A DNA stretch of 64,000 bases. Source: Anaeroplasmataceae bacterium. Lineage in GTDB: Bacteria; Bacillota_I; Bacilli_A; Acholeplasmatales; Anaeroplasmataceae. Of this stretch, positions 53,173 through 63,249 are shown piece after piece; within the stretch, counting starts at the first letter, position 1; each line of letters begins with the position of its first letter. The DNA lies in the NCBI GenBank assembly GCA_031549865.1, contig JAVBPE010000018.1:20208-84207 (forward strand), in the 5' to 3' direction. The notes below the pieces were generated by a model, which worked only from the letters and a program-made list of their open reading frames with translations, had not been told where the DNA came from and did not search any database. The position numbers and the translations under genes are program-made.

Positions 53173-54381
53173 ATGACAATTACAGAATTACGTGATAAAC
53201 GTGCAAAGACTTGGAATGCAATGGAGTTATTCCTTGAAACACATCGCAATGAAAGAGATGTTTTAAGTGCTGAGGATGATGCGACATATTCCAAAATGGA
53301 ATCGGATCTAACAATGCTAACCAATGAAATCAAGAGAATGGAAAGAAAAGACGCTATCGAGGCAGAACTTAATAAGCCAGTATCTAATCCTTTGACCGAA
53401 AAACCAATGATGGCCAAAGACGATGCCGATGGTAAAACAGGCAAAGCTAATGCCAACTACAAAAAAGCATTCTGGAATTTAATGAGAAGTAAAATGGTTA
53501 ATCCTAATATTCTAAATTCATTATCCGAAGGTACTGATTCTGAAGGTGGATACTTAGTTCCTGACGAATATGAGCACACATTAGTTGAAGCACTACAAGA
53601 GGAAAACATCTTTAGAAAACTTGCTCATGTTATTAACACATCAACTGGTGATAGAAAAATCCCTGTTGTAGCATCTAAAGGAAACGCATCATGGGTTGAC
53701 GAAGAAGGAACTATTGCTGATAGTGATGATGCATTCGGTCAGGTTTCAATTGGCGCTTACAAACTAGGAACTTTAATTAAGGTTTCTAACGAATTGCTAA
53801 ATGACTCAGTCTTTAATTTAGAGGCATACATCTCTAAAGAATTTGCTAGACGTATTGGTGCTAAAGAAGAAGATGCATTCTTTAATGGTGATGGAGTTGG
53901 CAAACCTGTTGGTATCTTTAACAAAACAGGTGGCGCTGAGGTTGGTATTACAACTGCATCGGCAACAACAGTTACAGCAGACGAAATTATCGATTTGTTT
54001 TACTCATTAAAGGCATCTTACAGAAAGAAAGCTGTATGGGTACTAAACGATTCAACCGTAAAAGCAATCAGAAAACTAAAAGATTCAAATGGTAACTACT
54101 TGTGGCAACCGGCACTTACCGCAGGTACACCGGATACAATACTTGGCCGTCCTGTGTTTACCTCAAGCTTTGTGCCTGATATTAAAGCCGGAAGTAAGTC
54201 AATCGCTTTTGGTGATTTTGGATATTATTGGATTGCAGATAGACAAGGAAGAAACTTCAAAAAGCTTAATGAGTTATATGCAGCTACTGACCAAACAGGA
54301 TTCGTTGCAACTCAGAGAGTTGACGGTAAGTTAATCTTGCCTGAAGCAATTAAAGTATTAGCAATGAAAAGTTCAACTTAA
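53173..54381 (+). CDS. Major capsid protein, HK97 family (with N-terminal delta/scaffold-like coiled coil)
   Basis: I prefer the ATG at 53173. 'EGGYLVP', 'LAHVINT' and 'GRPVFTSSFVP' are HK97 MCP-like blocks. Confidence 0.85.
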   Translation: MTITELRDKRAKTWNAMELFLETHRNERDVLSAEDDATYSKMESDLTMLTNEIKRMERKDAIEAELNKPVSNPLTEKPMMAKDDADGKTGKANANYKKAFWNLMRSKMVNPNILNSLSEGTDSEGGYLVPDEYEHTLVEALQEENIFRKLAHVINTSTGDRKIPVVASKGNASWVDEEGTIADSDDAFGQVSIGAYKLGTLIKVSNELLNDSVFNLEAYISKEFARRIGAKEEDAFFNGDGVGKPVGIFNKTGGAEVGITTASATTVTADEIIDLFYSLKASYRKKAVWVLNDSTVKAIRKLKDSNGNYLWQPALTAGTPDTILGRPVFTSSFVPDIKAGSKSIAFGDFGYYWIADRQGRNFKKLNELYAATDQTGFVATQRVDGKLILPEAIKVLAMKSST

Positions 54382-54405
54382 AGTTTAGAAAAGGAGGTAG
54401 CAGCA

Positions 54406-54717
54406 ATGAGTAGATTACTTGAAAAGGTGAAGGCAAATTTAATTATTTCTCACGATGTTGATAACAAAATCATCGAAAGCTTTATTGCTGCTGCCACTAA
54501 CTATGCTGAAAGCTATCAGCACTTAGAAGAAGGAAATTACAGCAAAAACAAGATGCCAGCAACGACAGAGCAAGCAGTGATTATGCTTGCAAGCCATTTT
54601 TATGAAAGTAGAGATGGCTCAACTGGCGGCTTTTTCGCTGACAATGTTCAAGCAGGGCAACAAGTGTGGAATACAGTAAATATGTTGTTAAGGCTAGATA
54701 GGAGTTGGAAAATATGA
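54406..54717 (+). CDS. Head-tail connector protein (gp6-like)
   Basis: About 100 aa directly after the MCP. 'AVIMLASHFYESR' is typical of this family. Confidence 0.6.
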   Translation: MSRLLEKVKANLIISHDVDNKIIESFIAAATNYAESYQHLEEGNYSKNKMPATTEQAVIMLASHFYESRDGSTGGFFADNVQAGQQVWNTVNMLLRLDRSWKI

Positions 54718-55049
54718 GTTTTGGAAATATGAATACTTTTGCACAGCTTATCAAGCGTGTAACAAAAAAAGACAAAGACGGCTTTGCCTTTGAAGAAGAC
54801 GAAATACTAAAATCAATGCGAGTTTATCGTGAAGGAAGACATGGTTCTTTGCGCTGGGCTAATCTAGCGACTTTTTCAACAGCTACAGATTTGTTTCGGT
54901 TTCGAGTTATACCTAACTTAGAAGTTACAACAGATTATATAATCACTTGTGACAATGAGCGTTTTGAAATAGTTTCGGTAGAAAATGTAAAAGGCAAAGG
55001 CATGTATATTGAAGTTCTAGCAAAAAAGGTGGAACCGGCACATGGCTAA
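54714..55049 (+). CDS. Head closure / head-tail adaptor protein
   Basis: Called from size and position. 'RFRVIPNLEVTTDYIITCDNERFEIVSVENV' resembles the phage head-tail adaptor family. Confidence 0.55.
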   Translation: MSFGNMNTFAQLIKRVTKKDKDGFAFEEDEILKSMRVYREGRHGSLRWANLATFSTATDLFRFRVIPNLEVTTDYIITCDNERFEIVSVENVKGKGMYIEVLAKKVEPAHG

Positions 55050-55473
55050 AGCAACAGTTAAATTACCAGAAGAATTTTTAAATAAGCTATCTAAACTTGC
55101 AAACAAAACTGACGAAATCACTGAAAAGGTATTAATAGCCGGAGGTGATGTTGTTCTTGATAAAATCAAAGCAAACCTTGACTCAGTAGTTGGCAAGGGC
55201 AATAAATCTGAAGAAAGGTCAACCGGTGAATTAAGTTCTGCACTTGGCATAAGCGGTGTACGGCAAGATAAGAATGGAAACAGCAATATTAAGATCGGCT
55301 TTAGTGAGCCGAGAAGTGACGGAAAATCTAATGCAATGATAGCAAACGTTATTGAATACGGTAAACATGGTCAAGCAGCAAAACCCTTCTTAAAACCGGC
55401 AAAGTCCGCAACAAAAACATCTTGCGTTACGGCTATGATAGATAAGCTTGAAGAGGAGATTGATAAGATATGA
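55042..55473 (+). CDS. HK97 gp10-family tail component
   Basis: 'IEYGKHGQAAKPFLKPA' matches the gp10 family block. Confidence 0.65.
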   Translation: MAKATVKLPEEFLNKLSKLANKTDEITEKVLIAGGDVVLDKIKANLDSVVGKGNKSEERSTGELSSALGISGVRQDKNGNSNIKIGFSEPRSDGKSNAMIANVIEYGKHGQAAKPFLKPAKSATKTSCVTAMIDKLEEEIDKI

Positions 55474-55814
55474 GCCTACTAGAAGATATTAATAGATTGC
55501 TTGGTAAGTTAAATGTGCCTATTGAAACAGGCATTTTTTCAGACAAAGCACCAGAACAATATATTATTTTAGTTCCGCTTGTATCTACATTTGAATTGTT
55601 TTCGGATAATCAACCAAATAAAGATATTGAGGAAATTAGAATATCGATATTTTCTAAAAGCAATTACATTAATCTCAAAAACAAAATACAAAAGACACTA
55701 CTAAAAAATGATTTTACAATCACAGAAAGACGATACAACGGTTATGAAAAAGAAACTAAGTATCACCATTATACAATCGATGTAGCTAAAGACTACGATA
55801 TAGAGGAGGAATAA
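55470..55814 (+). CDS. Tail completion / tail terminator-like protein
   Basis: Called only from position between the gp10-like and major tail genes, and from size (114 aa). Confidence 0.4.
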   Translation: MSLLEDINRLLGKLNVPIETGIFSDKAPEQYIILVPLVSTFELFSDNQPNKDIEEIRISIFSKSNYINLKNKIQKTLLKNDFTITERRYNGYEKETKYHHYTIDVAKDYDIEEE

Positions 55815-55817
55815 AAA

Positions 55818-56405
55818 ATGGCAACAATAGGACTTGATAAACTATTTTATGCAAAAATTACAGAGGACACCAATGGCAACGAAACCTATGGTGATCCTAA
55901 ACAATTAGCCAAAGCAATCTCGGCAGATTTGTCTGTTGAATTAAATGAGGCAACACTTTATGCTGACGATGGACAATCAGAACTTGTAAAGGAATTTAAG
56001 AGCGGTACATTATCACTTGGCATAGACGATATCGGCCAAGAAATAACAGCTGATCTTGTCGGCGCAGTTATTGACTCAAACGGAGTATTAATCTCTGGAG
56101 GTGAAGATACTGCCAAGCCAGTAGCAATCGGATTTAGAGCAAAGAAATCGAATGGTAAGTATAAATATTATTGGCTTTATAGAGTACTGTTCGGAATTCC
56201 TGCAGCAAACCTAGCCACTAAAGGCGACAGTATTACTTTCTCAACACCAACGATTGAAGGCACAATTTCAAGACGAAATAAACTTGATGCTTCCAACAAG
56301 CATCCATGGAAAGCAGAAGTTACTGAGTCAGAAAGTACTGCAACAATTATTGAAAGTTGGTATGACGAAGTATATGAACCAAGCTATACAGGAGGTGGCA
56401 ACTAA
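55818..56405 (+). CDS. Major tail protein (phi13/TP901-1-like)
   Basis: 'MATIGLDKLFYAKI ... TYGDPKQLAKAISADL ... LYADDG' resembles the phi13-family major tail protein. Confidence 0.7.
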   Translation: MATIGLDKLFYAKITEDTNGNETYGDPKQLAKAISADLSVELNEATLYADDGQSELVKEFKSGTLSLGIDDIGQEITADLVGAVIDSNGVLISGGEDTAKPVAIGFRAKKSNGKYKYYWLYRVLFGIPAANLATKGDSITFSTPTIEGTISRRNKLDASNKHPWKAEVTESESTATIIESWYDEVYEPSYTGGGN

Positions 56406-56788
56406 TGACAAACGATAGAAGCACAGTTGTAAATATTGGTGGAACTGACTACGAGTTGCTCTTGACAACAAAAGCGACAAAAGATATTGCGAAGCGTTAT
56501 GGTGGGCTTGAAAAACTCGGCGACAAGCTGCTAAAGAATGAAGATTTCGACACAGCGCTCACAGAGATTATATATCTAATTACATTACTGGCAAACCAAC
56601 CAATTCTTATTTACAACTTCCAAAACAAAGGTAAGGAAAAACAGTTGTTGATAGAGGAAGAAATCGAACTCTTAACAACTCCAAATGATTTAGGCTCGTT
56701 CAAGGACTCAATTACTGAAACGTTGCTTAGAGGTACAAAAAGAAATATTGAAAGTGAAACAGATCAAAAAAACGCACTGGGCGAGTAA
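56405..56788 (+). CDS. Tail assembly chaperone (G-like)
   Basis: Position between the major tail and tape measure genes. Carries the slippery site near its 3' end. Confidence 0.65.
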   Translation: MTNDRSTVVNIGGTDYELLLTTKATKDIAKRYGGLEKLGDKLLKNEDFDTALTEIIYLITLLANQPILIYNFQNKGKEKQLLIEEEIELLTTPNDLGSFKDSITETLLRGTKRNIESETDQKNALGE

Positions 56789-56976
56789 GTGACGATGAGT
56801 TATTTACTCGTCTTTTATATTATGGCTTAGTTCAATTGCATCTAGGCCAAGAAGAAGTATGGCTTATGCCATTTGGATTACTACTTGATTTATGGGAATG
56901 CCACAAACAGTACAACGGCATTTCAAAACCAAGAATAGAACATTTTATTGAGGATGCAATACCTGAAGGAATTTAA
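56405..56976 (+). CDS. Tail assembly chaperone -1 frameshift product (GT-like)
   Basis: Slippery heptamer A_AAA_AAC at 56767-56773 sits in the X_XXY_YYZ register of the zero frame. The -1 frame is open from there to the TAA at 56974-56976, a 68-codon extension. Confidence 0.6.
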
Positions 56977-56991
56977 AGGAGGTGGATGTGT

Positions 56992-59796
56992 ATGGCTGAT
57001 AATTTTGGATTAAAAATTGGTATCGAAGGCGAAAAGCAGTTTAAGTCTCAACTTGCAGATATCAATCAGACATTTAAAGTTTTAGGTTCTGAAATGAAAC
57101 TCATTGAAAGTCAGTTTGAACAGCAGGACCAATCAGAACAAGCATTGACTGCCAGAAATGAAGTCTTGCAAAAATCAATTGAAGCTCAAAAAAGCAAAGT
57201 TGAAACATTACGCTCAGCACTTAAAAACGCATCTGACTCCTTTGGCGAAACAGATAAAAGAACAAAGAACTGGCAAACTCAATTAAACAATGCGCAGGCC
57301 GAGTTAAATAAAATGGAAAAAGGTTTGCGTAAAAACAATGACGCACTAGGAGACAGCAAAAAGAATTTTGAAGATGCTGAAGATAGTGCAGATGACTTTG
57401 GTGATGGAGTTGAAAATGCTGGCGATCAAATTGAGGATGCCGGTGATGATGCAAAAGAATCGTCTTCTAAATTTGAAGGATTAGGTAATGTATGTAAGGC
57501 TGTAGGAGTTGCTATGGTTGCGGCCTTTGCTGCTGTGAGCGCTGCGGCAATAGCAGCAGGTAAAGCGCTGATTACTATGACAAAAGAAGGTGCGGCTTAT
57601 GCTGATGATGTTCTGACAGCTAGTACTGTCACAGGTATTGCAACTGACAAACTTCAAGAATACATGTACGCAGCAGAACTTGTTGATGTTTCAGTAGATA
57701 CACTAACAGGTTCTATGACAAAGAATATCAACTCAATGAGAAGTGCTATTGATGGCAGTTCAACGTTTATTGATGCTTATGAGAAGCTTGGTGTTGTTAT
57801 AACCGATACAGAAGGTAACTTCAGACATAGCGATATTGTTTACTGGGAACTTATTGATGCGTTAGGAAAAATTGAAAACTCTACTGAGCGTGATGCACTT
57901 GCTATGCAGCTCTTAGGAAAATCTGCTCAAGACTTAAATCCACTAATCACTGCTGGATCTGAAAGAATGAGCGAACTAGCAGAACAAGCTCATAGGGCTG
58001 GATATGTAGTCTCAGAAGATATGTTAAATGCTTATGGCGCATTTGATGACCAATTGCAATATCTAAACAATGGTTGTGTAGCAGCCAAAAATGCTTTGGG
58101 TGGTATTTTACTTCCAATACTAACAGAACTTGCTGGTGATGGCGTGTCTCTGTTGGGGCAATTTACTAATGGAATTAAGGATGCAAATGGAGATGTCTCC
58201 AAAATCGGAGATGTGTTTTCAACTACTTTAAAAAGTGTTTTAGATATCGTTATGAAGAAAGTTCCGATGCTACTCGAATTGATGGCATCAATTGTAACTT
58301 CCTTAGGTACGGCTATCATTGATAATCTTGATGTGCTAATTGATTCAGCCTCAGAGATAATTTTTACAATCCTAAAAGCACTTACTGCAGGGCTGCCCAA
58401 GATAGCAAAAGGTGCAGTGAAATTAGTGTTAACTTTGGTAAAAGGAATATTATATAATCTGCCTCAAATTTTAAGTGCAGCAATAGAAGTAATAGCCACT
58501 CTTGCAACAGGCATAGCAGAGGCGATACCAGAACTTATTCCAGTAATTATTGATGTAATGATTGAGCTATGCCAAACTCTGATAGATAATTTACCAATGC
58601 TATTAGATGCAGCATTTACGCTTATTGAAGGACTCTCAGCGGGTATTCTAAAAGCTATTCCTGTTTTAGTGGCAGCCCTGCCACAGCTAATAAAAACCAT
58701 TATCAATTTTATTGTTTCGTCAATACCACAGATAATCAATGCTGCACTGCAATTAGTAAAAGGTTTAGCAACTGGAATCATAAGCGCTATTCCGGATTTA
58801 ATAGCAGTACTGCCTGATCTTATCATGGCGATTATTAATTTTATACTCTCGGCAATACCGCAGATTATCAGTGTTGGAATTGAGCTAATAACATCAATAG
58901 TTAAAGAATTACCGACTATTATTTCAACAATAGTGACTGCAATACCATTAATTATAAACGGACTAATTACCGCTTTGTTTGATGCGTTTCCGTTATTGAT
59001 CCAAGCAGGAATTGATTTATTTATCTGCATCATTGAGGCGCTGCCAACAATCATTTTGACAATAGTAAATGCAATACCGCAAATTATAACATCTATAATC
59101 AATGCCTTCACTGGAAATATTGACACTTTTATTCAAATGGGAATTACGCTTTTTACAGCAATCATCTCCAATTTACCACAAATCATTAAAGGGATTGTTT
59201 CTAACATTCCTCAGATTATAAGTAGCATTATCAGTGCATTTGGTTCATTGACATCAAGCATGGGTGAAGTTGGTAAGAACCTTGTAAAAGGCTTGTGGGA
59301 TGGAATTCAAACGTTGAAGGATTGGTTATGGAATAAAGTTTCGAATTGGTGCAGTAGTTTATGGAGTGGAATAAAAAACTTCTTTGGGATACATTCTCCG
59401 TCTAAGAAGATGTCTTGGATTGGTGAAATGCTAGTAGAAGGTTTATCAGGAGGAATTGACTCAGACGATGCAGCAATAAAATCGGCAAAAGATTTAACAA
59501 GCAATATTGAAAATATAATGGGCGATATGAATGCAAAATCGTCAATTGATGTCGTGACTGATATTGATAGCAGTAATGCAAAAAACTCTATTCAAAAAGC
59601 TATGCAAGATTTAACTATTGGTGCAAAAGCTCTATCAAGTGATTTTAATCTTGGTGCGCCAAATTGGGTTGAAAACAGCAGCTCGTCAATTGAAGTTAGC
59701 GTTCCAATTTATTTAGATGGCGAACTTATTACAAAAGCTACAAGCAGAATTCAAAGTATGAATAATGCATCATTAAAACGAGCAATGGGGGTGTAG
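56992..59796 (+). CDS. Tape measure protein
   Basis: About 935 aa with an N-terminal coiled coil, a long hydrophobic repeat region and a C-terminal part. The ATG at 56992 has better RBS spacing than the one at 56986. Confidence 0.9.
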   Translation: MADNFGLKIGIEGEKQFKSQLADINQTFKVLGSEMKLIESQFEQQDQSEQALTARNEVLQKSIEAQKSKVETLRSALKNASDSFGETDKRTKNWQTQLNNAQAELNKMEKGLRKNNDALGDSKKNFEDAEDSADDFGDGVENAGDQIEDAGDDAKESSSKFEGLGNVCKAVGVAMVAAFAAVSAAAIAAGKALITMTKEGAAYADDVLTASTVTGIATDKLQEYMYAAELVDVSVDTLTGSMTKNINSMRSAIDGSSTFIDAYEKLGVVITDTEGNFRHSDIVYWELIDALGKIENSTERDALAMQLLGKSAQDLNPLITAGSERMSELAEQAHRAGYVVSEDMLNAYGAFDDQLQYLNNGCVAAKNALGGILLPILTELAGDGVSLLGQFTNGIKDANGDVSKIGDVFSTTLKSVLDIVMKKVPMLLELMASIVTSLGTAIIDNLDVLIDSASEIIFTILKALTAGLPKIAKGAVKLVLTLVKGILYNLPQILSAAIEVIATLATGIAEAIPELIPVIIDVMIELCQTLIDNLPMLLDAAFTLIEGLSAGILKAIPVLVAALPQLIKTIINFIVSSIPQIINAALQLVKGLATGIISAIPDLIAVLPDLIMAIINFILSAIPQIISVGIELITSIVKELPTIISTIVTAIPLIINGLITALFDAFPLLIQAGIDLFICIIEALPTIILTIVNAIPQIITSIINAFTGNIDTFIQMGITLFTAIISNLPQIIKGIVSNIPQIISSIISAFGSLTSSMGEVGKNLVKGLWDGIQTLKDWLWNKVSNWCSSLWSGIKNFFGIHSPSKKMSWIGEMLVEGLSGGIDSDDAAIKSAKDLTSNIENIMGDMNAKSSIDVVTDIDSSNAKNSIQKAMQDLTIGAKALSSDFNLGAPNWVENSSSSIEVSVPIYLDGELITKATSRIQSMNNASLKRAMGV
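58380..59270 (+). repeat. Degenerate tandem coding repeats inside the tape measure gene
   Basis: '(A/S)IP(Q/E/D)(I/L)I' occurs many times, about every 11-22 aa, in a Leu/Ile/Ala-rich context. Confidence 0.6.
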
Positions 59797-59799
59797 TGT

Positions 59800-61239
59800 A
59801 TGGGAATGCAGTTGTTTACTAAAAGCGGAATATATGTTTCCGTTATCGACAAAATACTCTCTTGTTCGACAAAGATAACTTTAGCAGGCATATTTACTCT
59901 AACATTTGAAACTTTAATTAATGACGAACTTGAAACGCTATCTAATACAACCGAGTATGTAATATTTTATGATAATGAATATTATGATGTCGTTAGCTTG
60001 CAGAGTTCACTTAGCAATGGATTATACAAGATTAAATTTTCGTGTGAACATATTTCATATAGACTGAGTAGTATTTCCAAAACAGAGTTTACGGCAATCG
60101 GAACACCTAAACAAATATTAACGACTATACTTGCAAATACAGGTTTTTATGCAGGTAATTGCGACATAACAGTAGATCAAACTATTTCGATCAAGCAAGA
60201 AAGTACGGTTAGAAGTATCATTTTTAATTTTGCAGATAGTCTTGATTGTGATGTTGAATTCAAAGAATATTATGTCAACTTGTACCAACACAAAGGAAGC
60301 AAGAAGCCAATCGAAATAATAGATAAAAATGTTGTTTCAATAAGCAAGTTAGTCAAAAGTTCGGTTGCAGCACCTACTTACTCGATTACAATTAGACCAA
60401 ATGTAAGTCTTACTGTTGGAGACGAATTGCATCTGAAATTTACTAAACTAGGGATTGACGAAAATGTCAGACTTATTGGAATTAGTAGAAAACCATTTAC
60501 AAGTAGAGATTATGATTTGGAAGTTGGAGTGCAGCAAGAAACCTTAGAGGCGGATTTGGTTTCAATCAAAACCGAGGCTGTTGCAAAAGACAAAACGTAT
60601 TATGGAGTAAAAATATCAGCCGATAATGGACTTACAGTAGTAAGAGAAGATAAAAAAGCTAAAGTTATAATGAATGCTGACGAATTTAGGATGCAGTCAC
60701 TTGGTGACGAAGGAATACTTGTAGACAAACTTTTCTTTGATCCTATAACTGGCGAGTACACATTCTCCGGTTCTGTATCTGTAATGGGTGGAAGTATAAA
60801 TATTAACAATCATTTTATCGTGGATGCAAACGGTAATGCTTATTTGTCAGGCGATTCAACCATATATGGTGGAAAATATTATGCTGGACAAGCCGGTTCT
60901 AGTGAAGGCTATTCAGAAATGACGTCTGGTGGTTTTGAAATATTCAACAGTTCAAACGATCTTAAACTAAAATTAGGTTTCACCACTGATGGCGAGGATT
61001 TCCCGTATATACAATTAGGTTCGGGAAGTGGCAAGTTTACAGACTTCGGATTAGTAAAAAAGTTTATGGATGGACTTTGGATTGGAAACTCTGAGCCTTC
61101 CGACGAAAGCGGAACTTTTACTGCAATGAAAGGATATAACGGTATCTTTTTTAGGTTCAGTGATAACACCGCATACGTTGTTAAGGATACCGAAATGAAA
61201 AACATTTATACAGGTGCAGCGATTGCAAAATTTGGATAG
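59800..61239 (+). CDS. Distal tail protein (Dit)-like, enlarged
   Basis: Called from its position immediately after the tape measure gene. 479 aa is longer than a minimal Dit, suggesting an extra C-terminal domain. No motif-level proof. Confidence 0.5.
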   Translation: MGMQLFTKSGIYVSVIDKILSCSTKITLAGIFTLTFETLINDELETLSNTTEYVIFYDNEYYDVVSLQSSLSNGLYKIKFSCEHISYRLSSISKTEFTAIGTPKQILTTILANTGFYAGNCDITVDQTISIKQESTVRSIIFNFADSLDCDVEFKEYYVNLYQHKGSKKPIEIIDKNVVSISKLVKSSVAAPTYSITIRPNVSLTVGDELHLKFTKLGIDENVRLIGISRKPFTSRDYDLEVGVQQETLEADLVSIKTEAVAKDKTYYGVKISADNGLTVVREDKKAKVIMNADEFRMQSLGDEGILVDKLFFDPITGEYTFSGSVSVMGGSININNHFIVDANGNAYLSGDSTIYGGKYYAGQAGSSEGYSEMTSGGFEIFNSSNDLKLKLGFTTDGEDFPYIQLGSGSGKFTDFGLVKKFMDGLWIGNSEPSDESGTFTAMKGYNGIFFRFSDNTAYVVKDTEMKNIYTGAAIAKFG

Positions 61240-61251
61240 CAGGAGGTCTCT

Positions 61252-63249
61252 ATGAAAAATCTGATACTTCCTGCTAGCATTACTCCATTTGATTGGAATG
61301 AAAACGAAGATAACCAAAAGGCATATAAAGCTATTATTAGTCAAGGTTATACTGCAGAATTTAAAGTGGCAGTATGGAACTCAATAGTAGATAAGTTAAA
61401 CCTAACACTAGCAAGTTTTGGACTTATTTGGGATAACAAATATACAACAATAGAAAATGCTAAACTGTATGGCGTTTATCCAAACCTTACTGCAAAAATA
61501 TTCAACTCAGTTAGATATAATATTGAAGTTCATGTACCAACAACATGGAAGTGGCAGTTTGATAAAACATTTACTGGTTATATTGGTAGAAATGATTTTG
61601 TTGGAGTTAGCACAACTAACGAACCAGATACTGTTTATGGTACTTATGTAGAAGAACTTGTTAGAAAACTAAATCTTTTAATAGCTATATTAAAAAATGA
61701 TGCGCCATTGATAAATCAGCAGGTGCGAGAAAATCTGTCACTTGATACTTCAAGAATGATACTAGATAGTTTTAGCTCTAGGCCGCTTCAAATAAAATAC
61801 AAATCCTGTTTTTCGGATATTAGTCAAATAGAATTTACAGAGCCTAAAAAGCTAGTAGCAAAGGATGCTATAAAAGTAAAAGAAACTGGAAAGCTTACAG
61901 CTAAATATGCGGACGATTTAATGCGTAGTAAAGTAAATTCATTTACAGCATACCTTGCCGAAATAACACTAGAAGAATTATATAAGAATTTATACTCTTA
62001 CGTATTTTCAAAGCAAAATGCAACTGCAAGGCTAAGAGTTAATGAAAACATAAGTAGGTTAAATGCATTGTTGATAAATGTACAAGTCGCAGATGGTAGG
62101 TTATCTTTTGCCGATGTAGTTGACTTCTATACTAATGCAATTAATTTCAGCTTTGAAATTGCCGAATTAGAGAATGTTCCTACGATGCTGACTTCGATAA
62201 ATTATTTAAGTGAAACAGATTCGAAGGCTTTAGTAGAGCTATGTTTGAGAGAACTAATTGATGTAAATGTAATAAGTCAAAGCAGAGAGAGTGGTCATCT
62301 TGAAATCTATGCAGGATCTGAATTGTACTCAAGTATAATGTCAATATTGCGACAAATTAAAAGTAGCATGAATGCAGCTAGAGCAGGACGATTAGCATCA
62401 AGAATTGAAGCGCTACTTACAATCATTAATCCTAGAATGTATGCAAGACAGGCTGGAATAATACCGATAGCAAACGTTCCAAGCGAAATGATATTAAATA
62501 ATGAGTTGTTGCAATTTGAGAGTTTAATTATTGGCAATGAAAACATTGATCACTTGAATGCGATCGAAGCAAGTTCAAATATAAAAAAGTCATTTCCTAT
62601 CGACAACATAATGTTAAATCACGAACAAAATGGCAATGCAATACTAGAAAAGAAATTAATAAGACAAATTGCTACTCAGCATAGAATTTATAAGACGGAT
62701 AATGCAGAAGTTTTATCGGTTATGTCAAAGCATAGCACAGCAAATATAACAAATCACTCAAATGTTAGCAGTGCATGGTTAGAGGGCTACAGAAATTCTA
62801 ATTCTATCTTTGTACGTGAACAATATATTCAAAAACAAATGGCAAATTTATCTTCGCTATTTTATGATGGCGAATGTTTACAGACAAACGAGTTGCTTAA
62901 AACTTGCAATAGTTCAGAACTTTCATACAGAGTACCGCTCGATTTTAGTTTGAGTCATATAGAAACAGAAACCATTGCAGCAACTTCGGTACTAAGAATT
63001 GCAAATGATACAGCAGCAATAAATGAAGTTGCGTTTGACAATCATGTTGTTGCTAACTTAGAAATTGTAAGATTTGAAACGATTGAAGGAACTACAAATG
63101 AATTTTCAAAGATTGTGTGCGATCTAAGTCATGATCCTAGTTCGTGGCGAAATCCTGAACAAAATGGTGATGAGTTAATGATTTATCAAGTTTATGATAT
63201 AAACCAAAGTGGAAGTGTTCTAAAGTTAGATTGTGAGGAGGATTTATGA
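61252..63249 (+). CDS. Tail-tip/baseplate-associated structural protein (unassigned)
   Basis: 665-aa ORF in the position usually held by the tail-associated lysin/Tal. No peptidase or other motif recognised. Confidence 0.4.
   Translation: MKNLILPASITPFDWNENEDNQKAYKAIISQGYTAEFKVAVWNSIVDKLNLTLASFGLIWDNKYTTIENAKLYGVYPNLTAKIFNSVRYNIEVHVPTTWKWQFDKTFTGYIGRNDFVGVSTTNEPDTVYGTYVEELVRKLNLLIAILKNDAPLINQQVRENLSLDTSRMILDSFSSRPLQIKYKSCFSDISQIEFTEPKKLVAKDAIKVKETGKLTAKYADDLMRSKVNSFTAYLAEITLEELYKNLYSYVFSKQNATARLRVNENISRLNALLINVQVADGRLSFADVVDFYTNAINFSFEIAELENVPTMLTSINYLSETDSKALVELCLRELIDVNVISQSRESGHLEIYAGSELYSSIMSILRQIKSSMNAARAGRLASRIEALLTIINPRMYARQAGIIPIANVPSEMILNNELLQFESLIIGNENIDHLNAIEASSNIKKSFPIDNIMLNHEQNGNAILEKKLIRQIATQHRIYKTDNAEVLSVMSKHSTANITNHSNVSSAWLEGYRNSNSIFVREQYIQKQMANLSSLFYDGECLQTNELLKTCNSSELSYRVPLDFSLSHIETETIAATSVLRIANDTAAINEVAFDNHVVANLEIVRFETIEGTTNEFSKIVCDLSHDPSSWRNPEQNGDELMIYQVYDINQSGSVLKLDCEEDL

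Noticed and set aside
58464-59126. 220-aa minus-strand ORF (and 58032-58400) inside the tape measure gene
   Set aside because: It is antisense to the repetitive Ile/Leu/Ala-rich tape measure region. The repeat composition keeps the reverse frame open, and there are no translation signals.
58380-59270. Possible CRISPR-like or tandem DNA repeat array
   Set aside because: The periodicity is at the protein level (IPQII-type motifs) and degenerate at the DNA level. There are no identical direct repeats with unique spacers. No CRISPR array was seen anywhere in the window.
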